Shown piece by piece: positions 1 to 10,090 of a stretch of 64,000 nt of DNA; position 1 is the stretch's first letter, and the number at the start of each line of letters is the position of its first letter. The DNA comes from a virus, in IMG/VR virus record IMGVR_UViG_3300010397_000004, positions 11,023 through 75,022 of that record; one strand, given 5' to 3'. A program made the translations under genes and the position numbers. The notes beneath the pieces were generated by a model that searched no databases, was not told where the DNA came from, and saw only the letters and a program-made list of their open reading frames with translations.

Positions 1-2
1 GC

Positions 3-2684
3 GCCGGCCTCCAGCTCACCAAGTTCGGGCTCATCGCCGGCGTCGTGGCCGCCGGCGTCGGCGAGATCGCGTCCGCGATCGCCGGACTAATCCCGCTACT
101 GAGCCAGCTGGTCAACGCGCTCGTCGCCGCCTCGGGGTCGGCACTCCTGCTGCCCCCGGCCCTCATCGCCGCGGGGGCGGCGTTCGCAACACTGAAGATC
201 GGCCTGTCCGGGTTCGGCACTGCGCTCAAAGACGCCTTCTCCAACAAAGAGGGTCTGCAGAAGCAGTTCGCCGACTCGCTGGCCAGGCTGGCACCGGCCG
301 CCCGGGACGTGGTCAAGGAGATCGTCAAGCTCAAGCCGGCGCTCACCGGTCTGAAGCTGGACGTCCAGAGCGTCCTCTTCTCGAAGCTCGCCCTCTCGTT
401 CCGCGACCTGGGTCGCACCTGGGTGCCGCTGCTCAACGTGGGACTGAAGCAGATGGCGGCCAGCCTCAACGGCGGGATCCGCGACATCCTGTCGTACCTC
501 GTGGCGGCCAGCACACAGGCCGACTGGGCGACCATCCTGAAGAACTCCGCGGCGTCGGCCAGCTCATTCGCCGGCGCTCTCCGGCCGCTGCTGCGGATCC
601 TGACTGACGTCTCCACCGTCGGGTCCGCCGTCCTGGCCAAACTGGCCGGCGGCCTTCCCGCTGCGCTCGACCGGTTCGCCAACAAGGTCTCTGCGCTCCG
701 CAAGGACGGCGGCCTGGCCGACATCATCACCGGCGGCCTCGACGCACTGAAGCAGTTCGGCGGACTGCTCGTCGACGTCGGCGGGATCTTCAAAGGGATC
801 TTCTCTGCGTCCGGCACCTCGAATGGGCTATTCAGCTTTTTCGATCGACTAAACAAGCTGATCAACTCGGCCAGCGGCCAGACCAACCTCGGCAAGATCT
901 TCGAGAGCCTGTCCCAAGTCGGCACAGCCCTGATGCCCGTTCTCGCCGCCGTCCTCGCCGCCCTGGTCCCCATTGCGAACGGGCTGGCCACCATTGCGAT
1001 CGCGCTCGGACCCGGGCTCACCACCCTGGTGACCGCGCTCGGCAGCGCGCTCGCCAGCCTGGCCACCCCCCTCGCCGGCATGGCGCCCATCTTCGCTGCC
1101 CTCGCCGCCGGGCTGCAGCCCCTGGCCAACATCATCACCGGGTTCCTGCTCGGCTTCACACCCGGCGTGGCCGCAGCCGTCACCGCGCTCGGCTCCGCCC
1201 TGTCCGGCCTCGCCCCGACCGCTGCGGCACTCGGCGGCGTCCTCGGCGGTGTGCTCGGCCAACTCATTCCAGTGCTCGTACCGATCGCCCAGATCCTGGC
1301 CCAACTCATCCTCACCCTGGCCCCGGGTGTGCTCGCATTCCTTTCATCCTTGGCAGCCGGCCTAGCGCCGCTCGTCGGCGTCGCCCCGCTCGTGGGGAAG
1401 GCGCTGTCGGGAATCCTCGCCGCGATCGCGCCGCTGCTCGAGGTGGCCGGCCCGGCCTTGGCCTACCTGCTCGGCCTGCTCGCAGTCCAACTGACAGGGC
1501 TGGTCAACGCGTTCGGTCCGCTCGCCGTCATCTTCGCCCAAGGGCTGGGCGAGGCCATCACCGACCTGCTGCCCGGCCTCATGCAGGCGGCCACCCTGAT
1601 CCTGCCGTTGCTCGTCACGCTAGGCGCCAGGTTGGCCGCATCGTTCGCGCCCCTTGTTCCGGTGCTGGTGCAATTCGTGCAGATTTTCGCTGCGCAATTG
1701 GCCGTACACATTCCAATCGCGGTTCGAATGTTCGAACAGCTATTCACTGTATTCGCCATAGCCGGCGACATCATTGCTCGAAATCTGCTTCAGGTTTTCG
1801 TAGCGTTGATCCCCGTGCTGCCACAATTGGTAGTCCAGGGACTCGCGCTCGTTGAGGCGCTCTTCCGGCTATTCGTGGTCATTTCGCCAATGCTGCCGGG
1901 ACTGGCCTATCTGGGGCTCCTGCTAACACAGATTGCGGTCAAGACCGGGATTCTTCAGTTGGCGATCGAACTGCTGACATTGGGCATCCAGTGGGCCACA
2001 GGGGTCGTCCGAATGCTCGGCGCAGTCATCGAGCTCTTCGTTGCGCCCGTCGACCGGGCCAAAAAGGGAATCGAATCATTCGGCGCCACCGCGCACGAAA
2101 CAATGGGTAACGTCGCCGCCTTGTTCCGCGGGCTCGGAAGTACCATCACAAACGCAGTCGGAAATCTGGGCTCGCTTCTCTACAACGCGGGTCGGAATGT
2201 CGTGCAGGGGCTGATCAACGGCATCAAGGACATGTTCGGCAACCTGGGAAACATCATGGGTTACGCGGCGCAGATCGTGCGCGACCACTGGCCATTCTCG
2301 CCGGCCCGCCGTGGTCCGCTATCCGGGCGTGGCGACCTGAAGTACGCCGGCCGTAACGTATTGACCCGCATTGGTGAGGGTATGGCCGCCGGCCGCGGTG
2401 ACCTCGCCCGCCAGGTCGCCGAAATTGCCGGCATGCTCAACATCCAGGCCGGTGGCGGTCTCGCTATGGCAGGGGCGGGCGCAGGTGCGACCGCGGGTGC
2501 CGGAAACGGTGCACCTGCCTACTTCGGTCCGTACCACCTCCAACTCGCCGACCAGACGCTCGCGTCGTTCGTTATCGATGCGATCACCGGGAACCCGGTC
2601 GACGTGGCCGAGGCCGTCGACGCCGGTAACCGGACCCGGGCGTGGGCGGACTCAGGACGCAAGCGGATCGGAGCGCCACAGTGA
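3..2684 (+). CDS. Tape measure protein (5'-truncated by window edge)
   Basis: Frame open from position 3. Long Ala/Leu/Gly-rich amphipathic repeats and a C-terminal 'WPFSPARRGPLSG' motif typical of actinophage TMPs; followed by tail genes. Confidence 0.9.
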   Translation, partial: AGLQLTKFGLIAGVVAAGVGEIASAIAGLIPLLSQLVNALVAASGSALLLPPALIAAGAAFATLKIGLSGFGTALKDAFSNKEGLQKQFADSLARLAPAARDVVKEIVKLKPALTGLKLDVQSVLFSKLALSFRDLGRTWVPLLNVGLKQMAASLNGGIRDILSYLVAASTQADWATILKNSAASASSFAGALRPLLRILTDVSTVGSAVLAKLAGGLPAALDRFANKVSALRKDGGLADIITGGLDALKQFGGLLVDVGGIFKGIFSASGTSNGLFSFFDRLNKLINSASGQTNLGKIFESLSQVGTALMPVLAAVLAALVPIANGLATIAIALGPGLTTLVTALGSALASLATPLAGMAPIFAALAAGLQPLANIITGFLLGFTPGVAAAVTALGSALSGLAPTAAALGGVLGGVLGQLIPVLVPIAQILAQLILTLAPGVLAFLSSLAAGLAPLVGVAPLVGKALSGILAAIAPLLEVAGPALAYLLGLLAVQLTGLVNAFGPLAVIFAQGLGEAITDLLPGLMQAATLILPLLVTLGARLAASFAPLVPVLVQFVQIFAAQLAVHIPIAVRMFEQLFTVFAIAGDIIARNLLQVFVALIPVLPQLVVQGLALVEALFRLFVVISPMLPGLAYLGLLLTQIAVKTGILQLAIELLTLGIQWATGVVRMLGAVIELFVAPVDRAKKGIESFGATAHETMGNVAALFRGLGSTITNAVGNLGSLLYNAGRNVVQGLINGIKDMFGNLGNIMGYAAQIVRDHWPFSPARRGPLSGRGDLKYAGRNVLTRIGEGMAAGRGDLARQVAEIAGMLNIQAGGGLAMAGAGAGATAGAGNGAPAYFGPYHLQLADQTLASFVIDAITGNPVDVAEAVDAGNRTRAWADSGRKRIGAPQ

Positions 2685-3583
2685 CCGCCGACGTCCGTAT
2701 CTACTTTGGACAACCGGGCTCTCTTACGACGCTGCCGCACCCCAAGGGAGGCGTGAGGAGCACCCGGCTCCGTCCCACTGTTGTGTTCGGCACCGGTGGC
2801 GGCGGTGTGCGGGTCGGGAAAATCACCGGCGGCAAACGGCAGTACACGCTCAGCTGGAGCGGCCTCGACCTCGACACCTTCAGCACCCTGCTGGAGTTCG
2901 ATCAGGGCCACCGCGGGCCCGGGCCGTTCGTGCTGCTGGACCCCGGCCAGCGGAACATGCTGACCGTCAACCAGAGCAGCACAACGTCGGAGACCAACGA
3001 CACCGACAACTTCACTGTCGCCGGGTCCGGCTACTCCGCGACCAGCGAGTCCACTGTGTACCGTCGCGGGCCGCGGTCGTTCCGGGTGAACATCGCCTAC
3101 GCATCGCAGTCCGGCACCGTCACCTTGGATCCGCCGGCCGCGGACTGGCCCGGCATCCCGGTGTACGCCAGCCGGCCGATCGTGTTCTCGTACTGGGCGC
3201 GCGGCAGCGGGTCGGACCCGATCGTCACCCTGACCCCGAAACTGACCTGGTACAGCACCGCCGGGGTGAGCCTGTCCACGACATCTGGCACCCCGACCCC
3301 GACGGCGTCAGCGTCATGGACGCAGATGTCGGTAACGGACACCCCGCCGGCTTCGGCCGCCTACGTTCTCTGCTCTGTGGCCGCATCCGGGGGATCAATT
3401 TCGGCCAGCGCCAGCCTGTACTTCGACCAGTTCCAACTCGAGGAAGGCGCCGCCGCGGGCACCTGGCGGCCCGGCACCGGTGTCATGCCCGTCCAGATCA
3501 TCTCCGTCGCTGAGGGCTGGCCGTTCTACCACCCCGAGCTGCGCGACGCCCCAACGATGATCCTGCAGGAGGCGGGGCCGTAG
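2681..3583 (+). CDS. Minor tail protein (distal-tail-like, beta-rich with possible carbohydrate-binding insert)
   Basis: GTG overlaps the TMP stop (GTGA); directly after TMP; Ser/Thr-rich, '...YFDQFQLEEG' motif. Confidence 0.7.
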   Translation: MTADVRIYFGQPGSLTTLPHPKGGVRSTRLRPTVVFGTGGGGVRVGKITGGKRQYTLSWSGLDLDTFSTLLEFDQGHRGPGPFVLLDPGQRNMLTVNQSSTTSETNDTDNFTVAGSGYSATSESTVYRRGPRSFRVNIAYASQSGTVTLDPPAADWPGIPVYASRPIVFSYWARGSGSDPIVTLTPKLTWYSTAGVSLSTTSGTPTPTASASWTQMSVTDTPPASAAYVLCSVAASGGSISASASLYFDQFQLEEGAAAGTWRPGTGVMPVQIISVAEGWPFYHPELRDAPTMILQEAGP

Positions 3584-6039
3584 TGCAGGACGCCACCGCG
3601 AACTTCGCGCTCGCCGTGTCAGCGTCCACAGTGGCGTGGCTGCCGCCGCTGGTGTACGCGGACTGGGCCCAGGACGGGTACGGGACCACCAACTCGATCG
3701 ACGACCTGTCCGGGCAGTCCAACAACATCCAGATCAGCCACGGCCTCGACGACGGCCTGCCAGACGAAGTCGCCTTCGGCACAACGTCAGGGGTTCCCAC
3801 ACTCACTGCCGACCTAGGCGGCCGCGGCGAAGTGACCGCGGCGCGCTACTTCTCCCCGTTCCGCACCGACTCACCGCTGTACGGGTACGAGCGGGACGTC
3901 GCCCCGCTCAAGGTCGACCACGGGTTAGTGACCGCTGGCGGCAAGGAGCGGATCCGGGTCTTCACCGGGCAAATGGCCGACGCCCCGGTCACTGGTGAGA
4001 AGGCGTCGCTGCAGGGTATCTCCGCAACGAGGGTCGCCCTGTCCACCCTGGTGCAACCACCCGTCATCGCCGGGGTGTTCAACCTGGCCGACACCGGGCT
4101 GACCGCGTCGTGGCCGGTGTCGTTCTCGCTCTACCAGTGCGGCATCTACTCCAGCCCACCCCCCGTACCCGGGTGCCGGGTCTGGATTCCGATGCACGGC
4201 GGCGGGAATGCCATGCTGCCCTCGGAGAACAGGTACCACGGTGTGCCATCCCTGAAGGGCATCGCCAAGGTCACCGGGGACACCTTCTTCGACCTCGCCG
4301 AACCCCGCGGTACACGCGGCCCATTCGTTGGTGCCGGCCGGTGCAGAGTCACCGCTGACAAGATCGCCGGGTGGAGCGGGTTCGTTTCGGTCCACGACAT
4401 GGAGACCGGCGACGACTGGCTCACCACCGCGGGCAGTCGCGGCCGACTGCAGTTCTACGTCCGCGGCGACCTCGTCAACGTCAACACCGCCCCGGGCGGT
4501 TCGGCAAGCTTCAACTGGGACGAGGTCGCGGACGTTGGCGGCCCCAGCGACCAGATCCTGGCCGGCGCCTACTGGACTACCCCAGCCAGCGGCCCGTACG
4601 TCGTGGCAGGCGTCGACCTGTCCCGCAGAGTGTTCGTCCACGTCTTCGACGGCACCCACAACGCCACCCTCACCAGCTCGGCATCGGTGGCCAGCGACGG
4701 CGAATGGCACCTCGTTGGCGCAGCCTGGGACGTCGCCAACAACCAGCTATGGGTCAACGTCGACGGCACCGTCACCACCAGCACCCCATCGCCGACGCTG
4801 TCGACGGCCGGCCTCGGCAGCACCCACCTCACAGGCGAACTCGACGACGGCATGAACTTCAACTCGGCGCTCACCTTCGCCGAGGTCCACTTCACCACCG
4901 GCGCCAACGCCAGCCCCGCCGTCGACTCGACCTGGCTCGATACGCAAACGTGGACCCGGCGGGCGTACCTGTACCCCTCCTCGCTCCGGCTCGTCGCCGT
5001 CGCCGAGGCCCAGCCACGCGAGGCGTGGGAGTACATCTCCTCACTGGCCCAGGCCGAATGCGCGAGCCTGCGCATCGACGAGAACGATGCCGTCCAGCTG
5101 TGGCCGCGTGGTTACTTCGCCACCGTCGCGGGCCAGACCGTCGCCGAGACCATCACCACCGACCTCGATGCTGGCGTGCCCGACGTGGCAATGGACCGGA
5201 CCCGCATCCGCAACGTCGCCCGCGTCACCTACCGGCAAACGAGGATCGACGCCCAACTGACCCAGTCGCCCATCCTGGATTTCCGCAGCCTGGTGGCCAT
5301 CCCGACCGGAGTCACCCAGATCAGCTTCGCGCTGCCAACGCCTGTCATCGCCCTCCTCGATTCGCTGTTCGGGTCGTTGACCCACCTCACCGCCAACCAG
5401 ATCGCCGGGATCGACCCGTTCGCGGTCGGCCCCAACTACGTGAGTCTGAACACCAGCAGTGATGCGCTCGGAACGTACTCCACCAGCTCCGATGTGGACG
5501 TCACCGTCGTGTCCTGGGATGCCGGGCAGGTTCTGGTCCAGTTCAACAACCTGACCTCATTCACCTGGTACCTCGTCAACGACAGCGACTCGCAGGGCAC
5601 GGACTTCGCGTACCTCGCCATCCAGGGCATCGCCATCCCTTCGACCGACGCCACCGTGACCGAAGCCTATGGGGCGTCGCTGGATGTGCGCGGCGAGCGT
5701 GCGGTCGTCGTCAACCTCCCCGCCATTCAGTCCAGTGTGGACGCTGCCCGGGTGGCGCGCCGGATCCTGGGAGATCTCGCATTCCCGCAACCCGTCATCC
5801 CGCAAGTCGACGTGTTCGGTGATCCGCGCCGCCAACCAGGCGACCTGGTCGTCTTCACCGACGACGCCGAGACCGGCGCCAACGGCCAATGGCGGTGCTG
5901 GGCGGTGAAACACCGAATCAACGGCGCCGACTACCGGCAGACGCTGCGCCTGTCGCAGGCCCGCTCCGTAGGCCGGTGGGGTGATGGCGTGTCCCGTTGG
6001 GGGCGCGTTGTGTGGGCCGGACTCGAGGAGGACGCATGA
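3583..6039 (+). CDS. Minor tail/baseplate hub protein with LamG-like domain
   Basis: 818 aa; 'SDGEWHLVGAAWD...LWVNVDG' LamG-like motif; C-terminal hub-type 'GDPRRQPGDLV' signature. Confidence 0.75.
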   Translation: MQDATANFALAVSASTVAWLPPLVYADWAQDGYGTTNSIDDLSGQSNNIQISHGLDDGLPDEVAFGTTSGVPTLTADLGGRGEVTAARYFSPFRTDSPLYGYERDVAPLKVDHGLVTAGGKERIRVFTGQMADAPVTGEKASLQGISATRVALSTLVQPPVIAGVFNLADTGLTASWPVSFSLYQCGIYSSPPPVPGCRVWIPMHGGGNAMLPSENRYHGVPSLKGIAKVTGDTFFDLAEPRGTRGPFVGAGRCRVTADKIAGWSGFVSVHDMETGDDWLTTAGSRGRLQFYVRGDLVNVNTAPGGSASFNWDEVADVGGPSDQILAGAYWTTPASGPYVVAGVDLSRRVFVHVFDGTHNATLTSSASVASDGEWHLVGAAWDVANNQLWVNVDGTVTTSTPSPTLSTAGLGSTHLTGELDDGMNFNSALTFAEVHFTTGANASPAVDSTWLDTQTWTRRAYLYPSSLRLVAVAEAQPREAWEYISSLAQAECASLRIDENDAVQLWPRGYFATVAGQTVAETITTDLDAGVPDVAMDRTRIRNVARVTYRQTRIDAQLTQSPILDFRSLVAIPTGVTQISFALPTPVIALLDSLFGSLTHLTANQIAGIDPFAVGPNYVSLNTSSDALGTYSTSSDVDVTVVSWDAGQVLVQFNNLTSFTWYLVNDSDSQGTDFAYLAIQGIAIPSTDATVTEAYGASLDVRGERAVVVNLPAIQSSVDAARVARRILGDLAFPQPVIPQVDVFGDPRRQPGDLVVFTDDAETGANGQWRCWAVKHRINGADYRQTLRLSQARSVGRWGDGVSRWGRVVWAGLEEDA

Positions 6040-6548
6040 CGATCGTGGCCCCAGCGGACGGCGACCTGCTCGACCCGGACTGGGCCGCGGACATCACCGA
6101 CGCGGTCAACGACCACGAGACCCGACTCGACGCGTTAGAGGTTGGTTGGACCACCTACGTGCCCACCCTTACCAACCTCACCAAGGGCAACGGCACGATC
6201 ACCGCGGCCTACCGTCGGCGATGGGGGAACACGGCCGACGTGAGGTTCAAATTCACGCTCGGCACCACCAGCGCGGTGGGTACGGCCCCCGAGGTCAGCC
6301 TGCCAACGGGCATGGAGTTTGCGAGCTACTACTCCGACAACATCGACATGCTCGGCACTGTGGCCCTGAACGACACCGGCACGGCAACGCGCGGTGGCTT
6401 CATCCGGCCGGACTACGCAGGCAGCGCCATCATCATCAGCTCCTACACGACCGCCGGTGTCCTTCAAAACGTTTCGTCGACATTGCCGCACGTCTGGGCA
6501 GCGACGGACGTCATCGCGTTCCTGGCCCTTTCCATCGAGTTGGCCTAG
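6036..6548 (+). CDS. Minor tail protein
   Basis: ATGA overlap; 'WTTYVPTLT...GNGTITAAY' beta-rich tail-tip-like domain. Confidence 0.65.
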   Translation: MTIVAPADGDLLDPDWAADITDAVNDHETRLDALEVGWTTYVPTLTNLTKGNGTITAAYRRRWGNTADVRFKFTLGTTSAVGTAPEVSLPTGMEFASYYSDNIDMLGTVALNDTGTATRGGFIRPDYAGSAIIISSYTTAGVLQNVSSTLPHVWAATDVIAFLALSIELA

Positions 6549-6558
6549 GAGGAGCGTC

Positions 6559-7422
6559 GTGATCCAGTTCCCGGACATCTCCCACTACCAGGGCAACATC
6601 GACCTCACCGGCGCCCAGGTCGTGGTGGCCAAAGCAACCCAGGGCGCCACCTACACCGACCCGCTGTATGGCCGTAACAAGGCGGAGGCCGCCCGGGTCG
6701 GCGCCCTGTTCGTGGCGTACCACTGGCTCGATACCAGCGACGCTGGTGCGCAGGCTCGCCACGCGTTCGCGGTGGTCGGCGCCGACGTTCCCCTGATGAT
6801 CGACGACGAGCAGGGCACCATCTCGGTACCGCACACCCTCGCCTTCGTCGACGCGTACCGAACGCTCGGCGGCCTGGTCGCGCTCGAGTACGCCCCGCGG
6901 TGGGTCTGGTGGAAGTCCGGCCAGCCCGACCTACGCCCGTTCACGGCGGCCGGGCTACACCTGGTGTCCTCGTCGTACCCCCAGGCCGGCTACACCGCCA
7001 CCGGCCCGGGCTGGGCCCCGTACGGCGGCGTCACGCCCACGATCTGGCAGTACACCGACGCCCGCCCCTTCAACGGCCAGCGGGTCGACTTCAACGCCTA
7101 CCGCGGTAGCGCCGACCAGCTGCGGGCGCTGCTGTACGGCACGGCTCAACCCAGGGAGGACGACATGAAGCTATTCCGGGCCGAACCGAGCGGAGCCGTC
7201 TGGGTGTCCAACGGGCCGCAACGGTGGCACATCCCCGACGTCGACAGCTACCACAAGGCACTCAAGCTCTGGGGTCTGACCGCGGCCGACGTCATCCCCA
7301 TCGCCGACGGCGATGAGGCCGGCCTCGGCCAGGACGTCACCGCCGGCGCCGGCGGCCTGATCCCGCACGAGCACACCATCCCGGCCGGCACAACCGGGCC
7401 GGCCGTGCCCGAGGCGGCGTAG
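6559..7422 (+). CDS. Endolysin, GH25 muramidase with C-terminal binding domain
   Basis: AGGAGG RBS then GTG; 'PDISHYQG', 'KATQG', 'AYHWL', 'IDDE', 'IWQYTD', 'VDFN' GH25 motifs. Confidence 0.9.
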   Translation: MIQFPDISHYQGNIDLTGAQVVVAKATQGATYTDPLYGRNKAEAARVGALFVAYHWLDTSDAGAQARHAFAVVGADVPLMIDDEQGTISVPHTLAFVDAYRTLGGLVALEYAPRWVWWKSGQPDLRPFTAAGLHLVSSSYPQAGYTATGPGWAPYGGVTPTIWQYTDARPFNGQRVDFNAYRGSADQLRALLYGTAQPREDDMKLFRAEPSGAVWVSNGPQRWHIPDVDSYHKALKLWGLTAADVIPIADGDEAGLGQDVTAGAGGLIPHEHTIPAGTTGPAVPEAA

Positions 7423-7429
7423 CCCGGGT

Positions 7430-7780
7430 GTGGAAGACAGCAGCACCATCGCCTCCCTGGCGGCCATGTGGCCCCAGGGTGTCATTGGCGTCGGAATCTT
7501 CGGGCTCGTCGTCCTCGCGCTGCGGCTCGCGTTCAGCCAACGGCGCATCACCGCTGACGCGGACGCGCGCACCGAGCGCGCCGACAAGCGATACGACGAC
7601 GAGGTCAGAGCGCATCAGGCGACGCAGGATCTCCTCGACGACGAGCGGGATCGGCGCCGCCGGATCGAGGACGAGATGAGCGAACTCCGGCAAGAGGTGA
7701 TCTCGCTCCGCCGAGAGGTCGAGGCGAGCCGGCGCGAGGTCGCCGCGCTGCGCCGGCAACTCGACGGCAGTGCGCCGTGA
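7430..7780 (+). CDS. Lysis-cassette membrane protein (1 TM + coiled coil)
   Basis: N-terminal hydrophobic helix then a heptad-rich charged region; follows the endolysin. Confidence 0.7.
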   Translation: MEDSSTIASLAAMWPQGVIGVGIFGLVVLALRLAFSQRRITADADARTERADKRYDDEVRAHQATQDLLDDERDRRRRIEDEMSELRQEVISLRREVEASRREVAALRRQLDGSAP

Positions 7781-8355
7781 TGGCCGCGCACGCGGCCCAG
7801 TCCTGGGTGCGCCGGCTGGCGGCCGCGGCCCGGTCGCCGCGCGGCCAGTTGGCCACCCTGGTCACGTCGATCGTGCTTCTCGGCGTGGTGGTGCTGCTCT
7901 CGGTGCTGCTGCTGGTCGGGCACGCCACCGACCAGGCCGATGCGGCCAACGACCGGGCCAACCGAGCCGCCACCGGGGCCGAGCAGCTGTGCCAGCAGGT
8001 CCGCCAGCTGGGCGGCGTGTGCGCGGTCGACCCGGCGAGGTTCCGAGGCGCCACCGGGCCGGCCGGACCGCAGGGTCCCGCCGGGCCGGCCGGCATCCCC
8101 GGCCGCGACGGCGACCCCGGACCGCAGGGCGCGGCCGGTCCCGCCGGGCCGGCCGGGCCGGCCGGGCCAGTAGGCCCGCAGGGCCCGCCCGGTGACACGG
8201 GACCGCAGGGAACACCCGGGCCAGCGGGGCAGGCCGGTCCGCCCTGCCCGACCGGTACGCACGTCGAGGTCCTCAACGTCGTCACGACCAGCGGTACCCG
8301 GACCGCCCCGCTGTGTGTGACGGACACGCCGTCACCCAGCCCGGCGCCCGGCTAG
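7777..8355 (+). CDS. Membrane-anchored collagen-like protein
   Basis: One TM segment, Cys pair, long G-X-Y run ([11 protein letters not shown]...), Cys pair at the C-terminus. Confidence 0.8.
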   Translation: MMAAHAAQSWVRRLAAAARSPRGQLATLVTSIVLLGVVVLLSVLLLVGHATDQADAANDRANRAATGAEQLCQQVRQLGGVCAVDPARFRGATGPAGPQGPAGPAGIPGRDGDPGPQGAAGPAGPAGPAGPVGPQGPPGDTGPQGTPGPAGQAGPPCPTGTHVEVLNVVTTSGTRTAPLCVTDTPSPSPAPG

Positions 8356-8633
8356 GAAGCGCGCTCGCCCCCCGCGGCCTCCGCGTCGCGGAGGCGGTCG
8401 AAGTGGTCCGGCCCGGCCGAGCGGCCCGTCGTGTCGTGCCACTCGCCCTCGAGCTCGCAGCCGCCGGCGCGCCACTGCCATCGGCAGGTGAGGCAGAACT
8501 GGGTCGGGTGCCCGGCCGGCCCGCGGTCACCTGGCGGCAGCGGCCGGCACTGACACGGCGACCAGCCCACGATCACGTTCGGATACGCCAACTGGTGCCC
8601 GTTCGGGCAACGCGCTGGCTCGGGGACGTCCAT
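8352..8633 (-). CDS. Small Cys/His-rich (zinc-ribbon-like) protein
   Basis: 'RCPNGH...CQC...CLTC'; fills the gap between two + genes. Confidence 0.5.
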   Translation of the reverse strand: MDVPEPARCPNGHQLAYPNVIVGWSPCQCRPLPPGDRGPAGHPTQFCLTCRWQWRAGGCELEGEWHDTTGRSAGPDHFDRLRDAEAAGGERAS

Positions 8634-8660
8634 CGACCGAACCTACAAGGAAGGTCTGAC

Positions 8661-8864
8661 ATGAACCCATCGAAGATCGCCAAGGCGCTGACCGCGGGCG
8701 CGACCACCGCCCTCGGCATCTACTGGGCCGCAGACGCGAGCGGGAGCCTCAGCTGGCTGGCCCTTGCGGCCAGCCTGTGCGTCGGAGTCCTCTCCGGTGT
8801 GCTGACGTGGGCGGTACCGAACGCCGACACCCCGGCCGTCCCACCGGCCGAGGACAGCAAGTGA
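8661..8864 (+). CDS. Holin (2 TM)
   Basis: AAGGAAGG RBS; MNPSKIAKAL..., two hydrophobic helices, 'TWAVPN' end typical of actinophage holins. Confidence 0.75.
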   Translation: MNPSKIAKALTAGATTALGIYWAADASGSLSWLALAASLCVGVLSGVLTWAVPNADTPAVPPAEDSK

Positions 8865-9940
8865 AGGCCGGGGCCGTCGCCGCGGCCCTCGCCGCCGGCG
8901 CCACCGCCGTCCTCCTCGGAACCGCCGCCCTGTCCACCGACCCGGCCGCGTCGTCCACCAGCACCAGCCCAACGGTCCACTGTGGCCCGCCCGCCGACCC
9001 GTCCGTGGCCACGGACGGCACGTTCACCGTGGTGCTGAACTGCCAGGGCCCGGCCCCGGCCGCGCCCACCACCGCTCCGCCCACGCCGACGCCGAGCGCG
9101 ACGCCGACCACGGTTCCGACCACCGCACCGCCAACGACCACGCCCCCGCCCACGACGGCACCGCCGACGCCGTCGCCCGGCCTGAACGGCTGCCAGACCC
9201 GCCTCGCGGCCTGCGGGTTGCCCGATGCCACCTCTGCCGGCGTGCCGGCCGGGACCAAGCTGACGCCGATCGCGGGCGGGCTGACCGTCACCCAGCCCGG
9301 GGCGGTCATCGACGGGCAGGACATCTCGGGGTGCGTCGAGGTGCGGGCGCCCAACGTCACCATCCAGAACAGTCGGATCATCGGTGCCGGGTGCTTCTAC
9401 GCGGTCCGGAACTTCTCCACCGGCCTGCAGCTGCTCCACGACACCATCACCTGCGGCGGGTACAACGGCACCGGTGTGTCCGACAACGAGTTCGCCCTGG
9501 TGGCCAGCGACGTCTCCGCGTGCGAGAACGGAGCCAACGTCTCCAAGCCGGGGAACGTCACGATCCAGGACTCCTACATCCACGACCTGGTCACGGCGAA
9601 CGGCGCCCACACCGACGGCGTCCAGATCGGGCAGGCCGCCGCGCACCTGCGATTCCTGCACAACACGATCATCAACAGCGGCGGCCAGACCAGCGCGATC
9701 ATCATGTGGGACGAGGGTGACCCGCAAAACTCCGACGTGATCGTCGACCGGAACCTGCTGGCCGGCGGGTCCTACACCCTGTACTGCCCGCGCAGCAACA
9801 CCACGGGCATCCAGATCACCGGGAACCGCTTCGGCACCGGTGCCAGCTACGGGCCGTCCAACGGGTGCACCAGCGGCCACGTCGCGGTCTGGTCGGGCAA
9901 CGTCTCAGACAACAACGGGCGGGCGCTGCAGCCCGCCTGA
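8861..9940 (+). CDS. Secreted right-handed beta-helix (pectate-lyase-like) protein with Pro/Thr linker
   Basis: Signal-peptide-like N-terminus, PT-rich linker, 'NVTIQNSRI', 'NVTIQDSYIHDL', 'HTDGVQI', 'HNTI' repeats. Confidence 0.8.
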   Translation: MKAGAVAAALAAGATAVLLGTAALSTDPAASSTSTSPTVHCGPPADPSVATDGTFTVVLNCQGPAPAAPTTAPPTPTPSATPTTVPTTAPPTTTPPPTTAPPTPSPGLNGCQTRLAACGLPDATSAGVPAGTKLTPIAGGLTVTQPGAVIDGQDISGCVEVRAPNVTIQNSRIIGAGCFYAVRNFSTGLQLLHDTITCGGYNGTGVSDNEFALVASDVSACENGANVSKPGNVTIQDSYIHDLVTANGAHTDGVQIGQAAAHLRFLHNTIINSGGQTSAIIMWDEGDPQNSDVIVDRNLLAGGSYTLYCPRSNTTGIQITGNRFGTGASYGPSNGCTSGHVAVWSGNVSDNNGRALQPA

Positions 9941-9957
9941 CCAAGCCAAAACGAAGC

Positions 9958-9991
9958 GGCCCCGCCACCGGCTCAGACCGGGGGCGGGGCC
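9958..9991 (+). terminator. GC-rich hairpin ending the late/lysis transcript
   Basis: ggccccgcc-a-ccgg / ccgg-g-ggcggggcc inverted repeat directly after the stop at 9940. Confidence 0.6.
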
Positions 9992-10090
9992 CTTCCTCGT
10001 GCGCCCAGGCGGGTACGGTGGATCCAGGCGGCCGCCGGTGTAGTGGCCGGCGCGCCGCCGCCCTGTCCACTACCAGGGTCGGTGACAGCG

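Noticed and set aside
1670-2000. Lower-GC patch inside the tape-measure gene
   Set aside because: The frame is intact and no boundaries or repeats are visible; could be a recombined segment but cannot be supported by eye.
3925-6137. In-frame TTA codons in tail genes (3925, 6135; also 63960) suggesting bldA control
   Set aside because: No exhaustive count was possible and the host is probably not Streptomyces; too few observations.
8050-8245. GC-rich tandem repeats (also 9060-9180)
   Set aside because: Explained by collagen G-X-Y and Pro/Thr linker coding.
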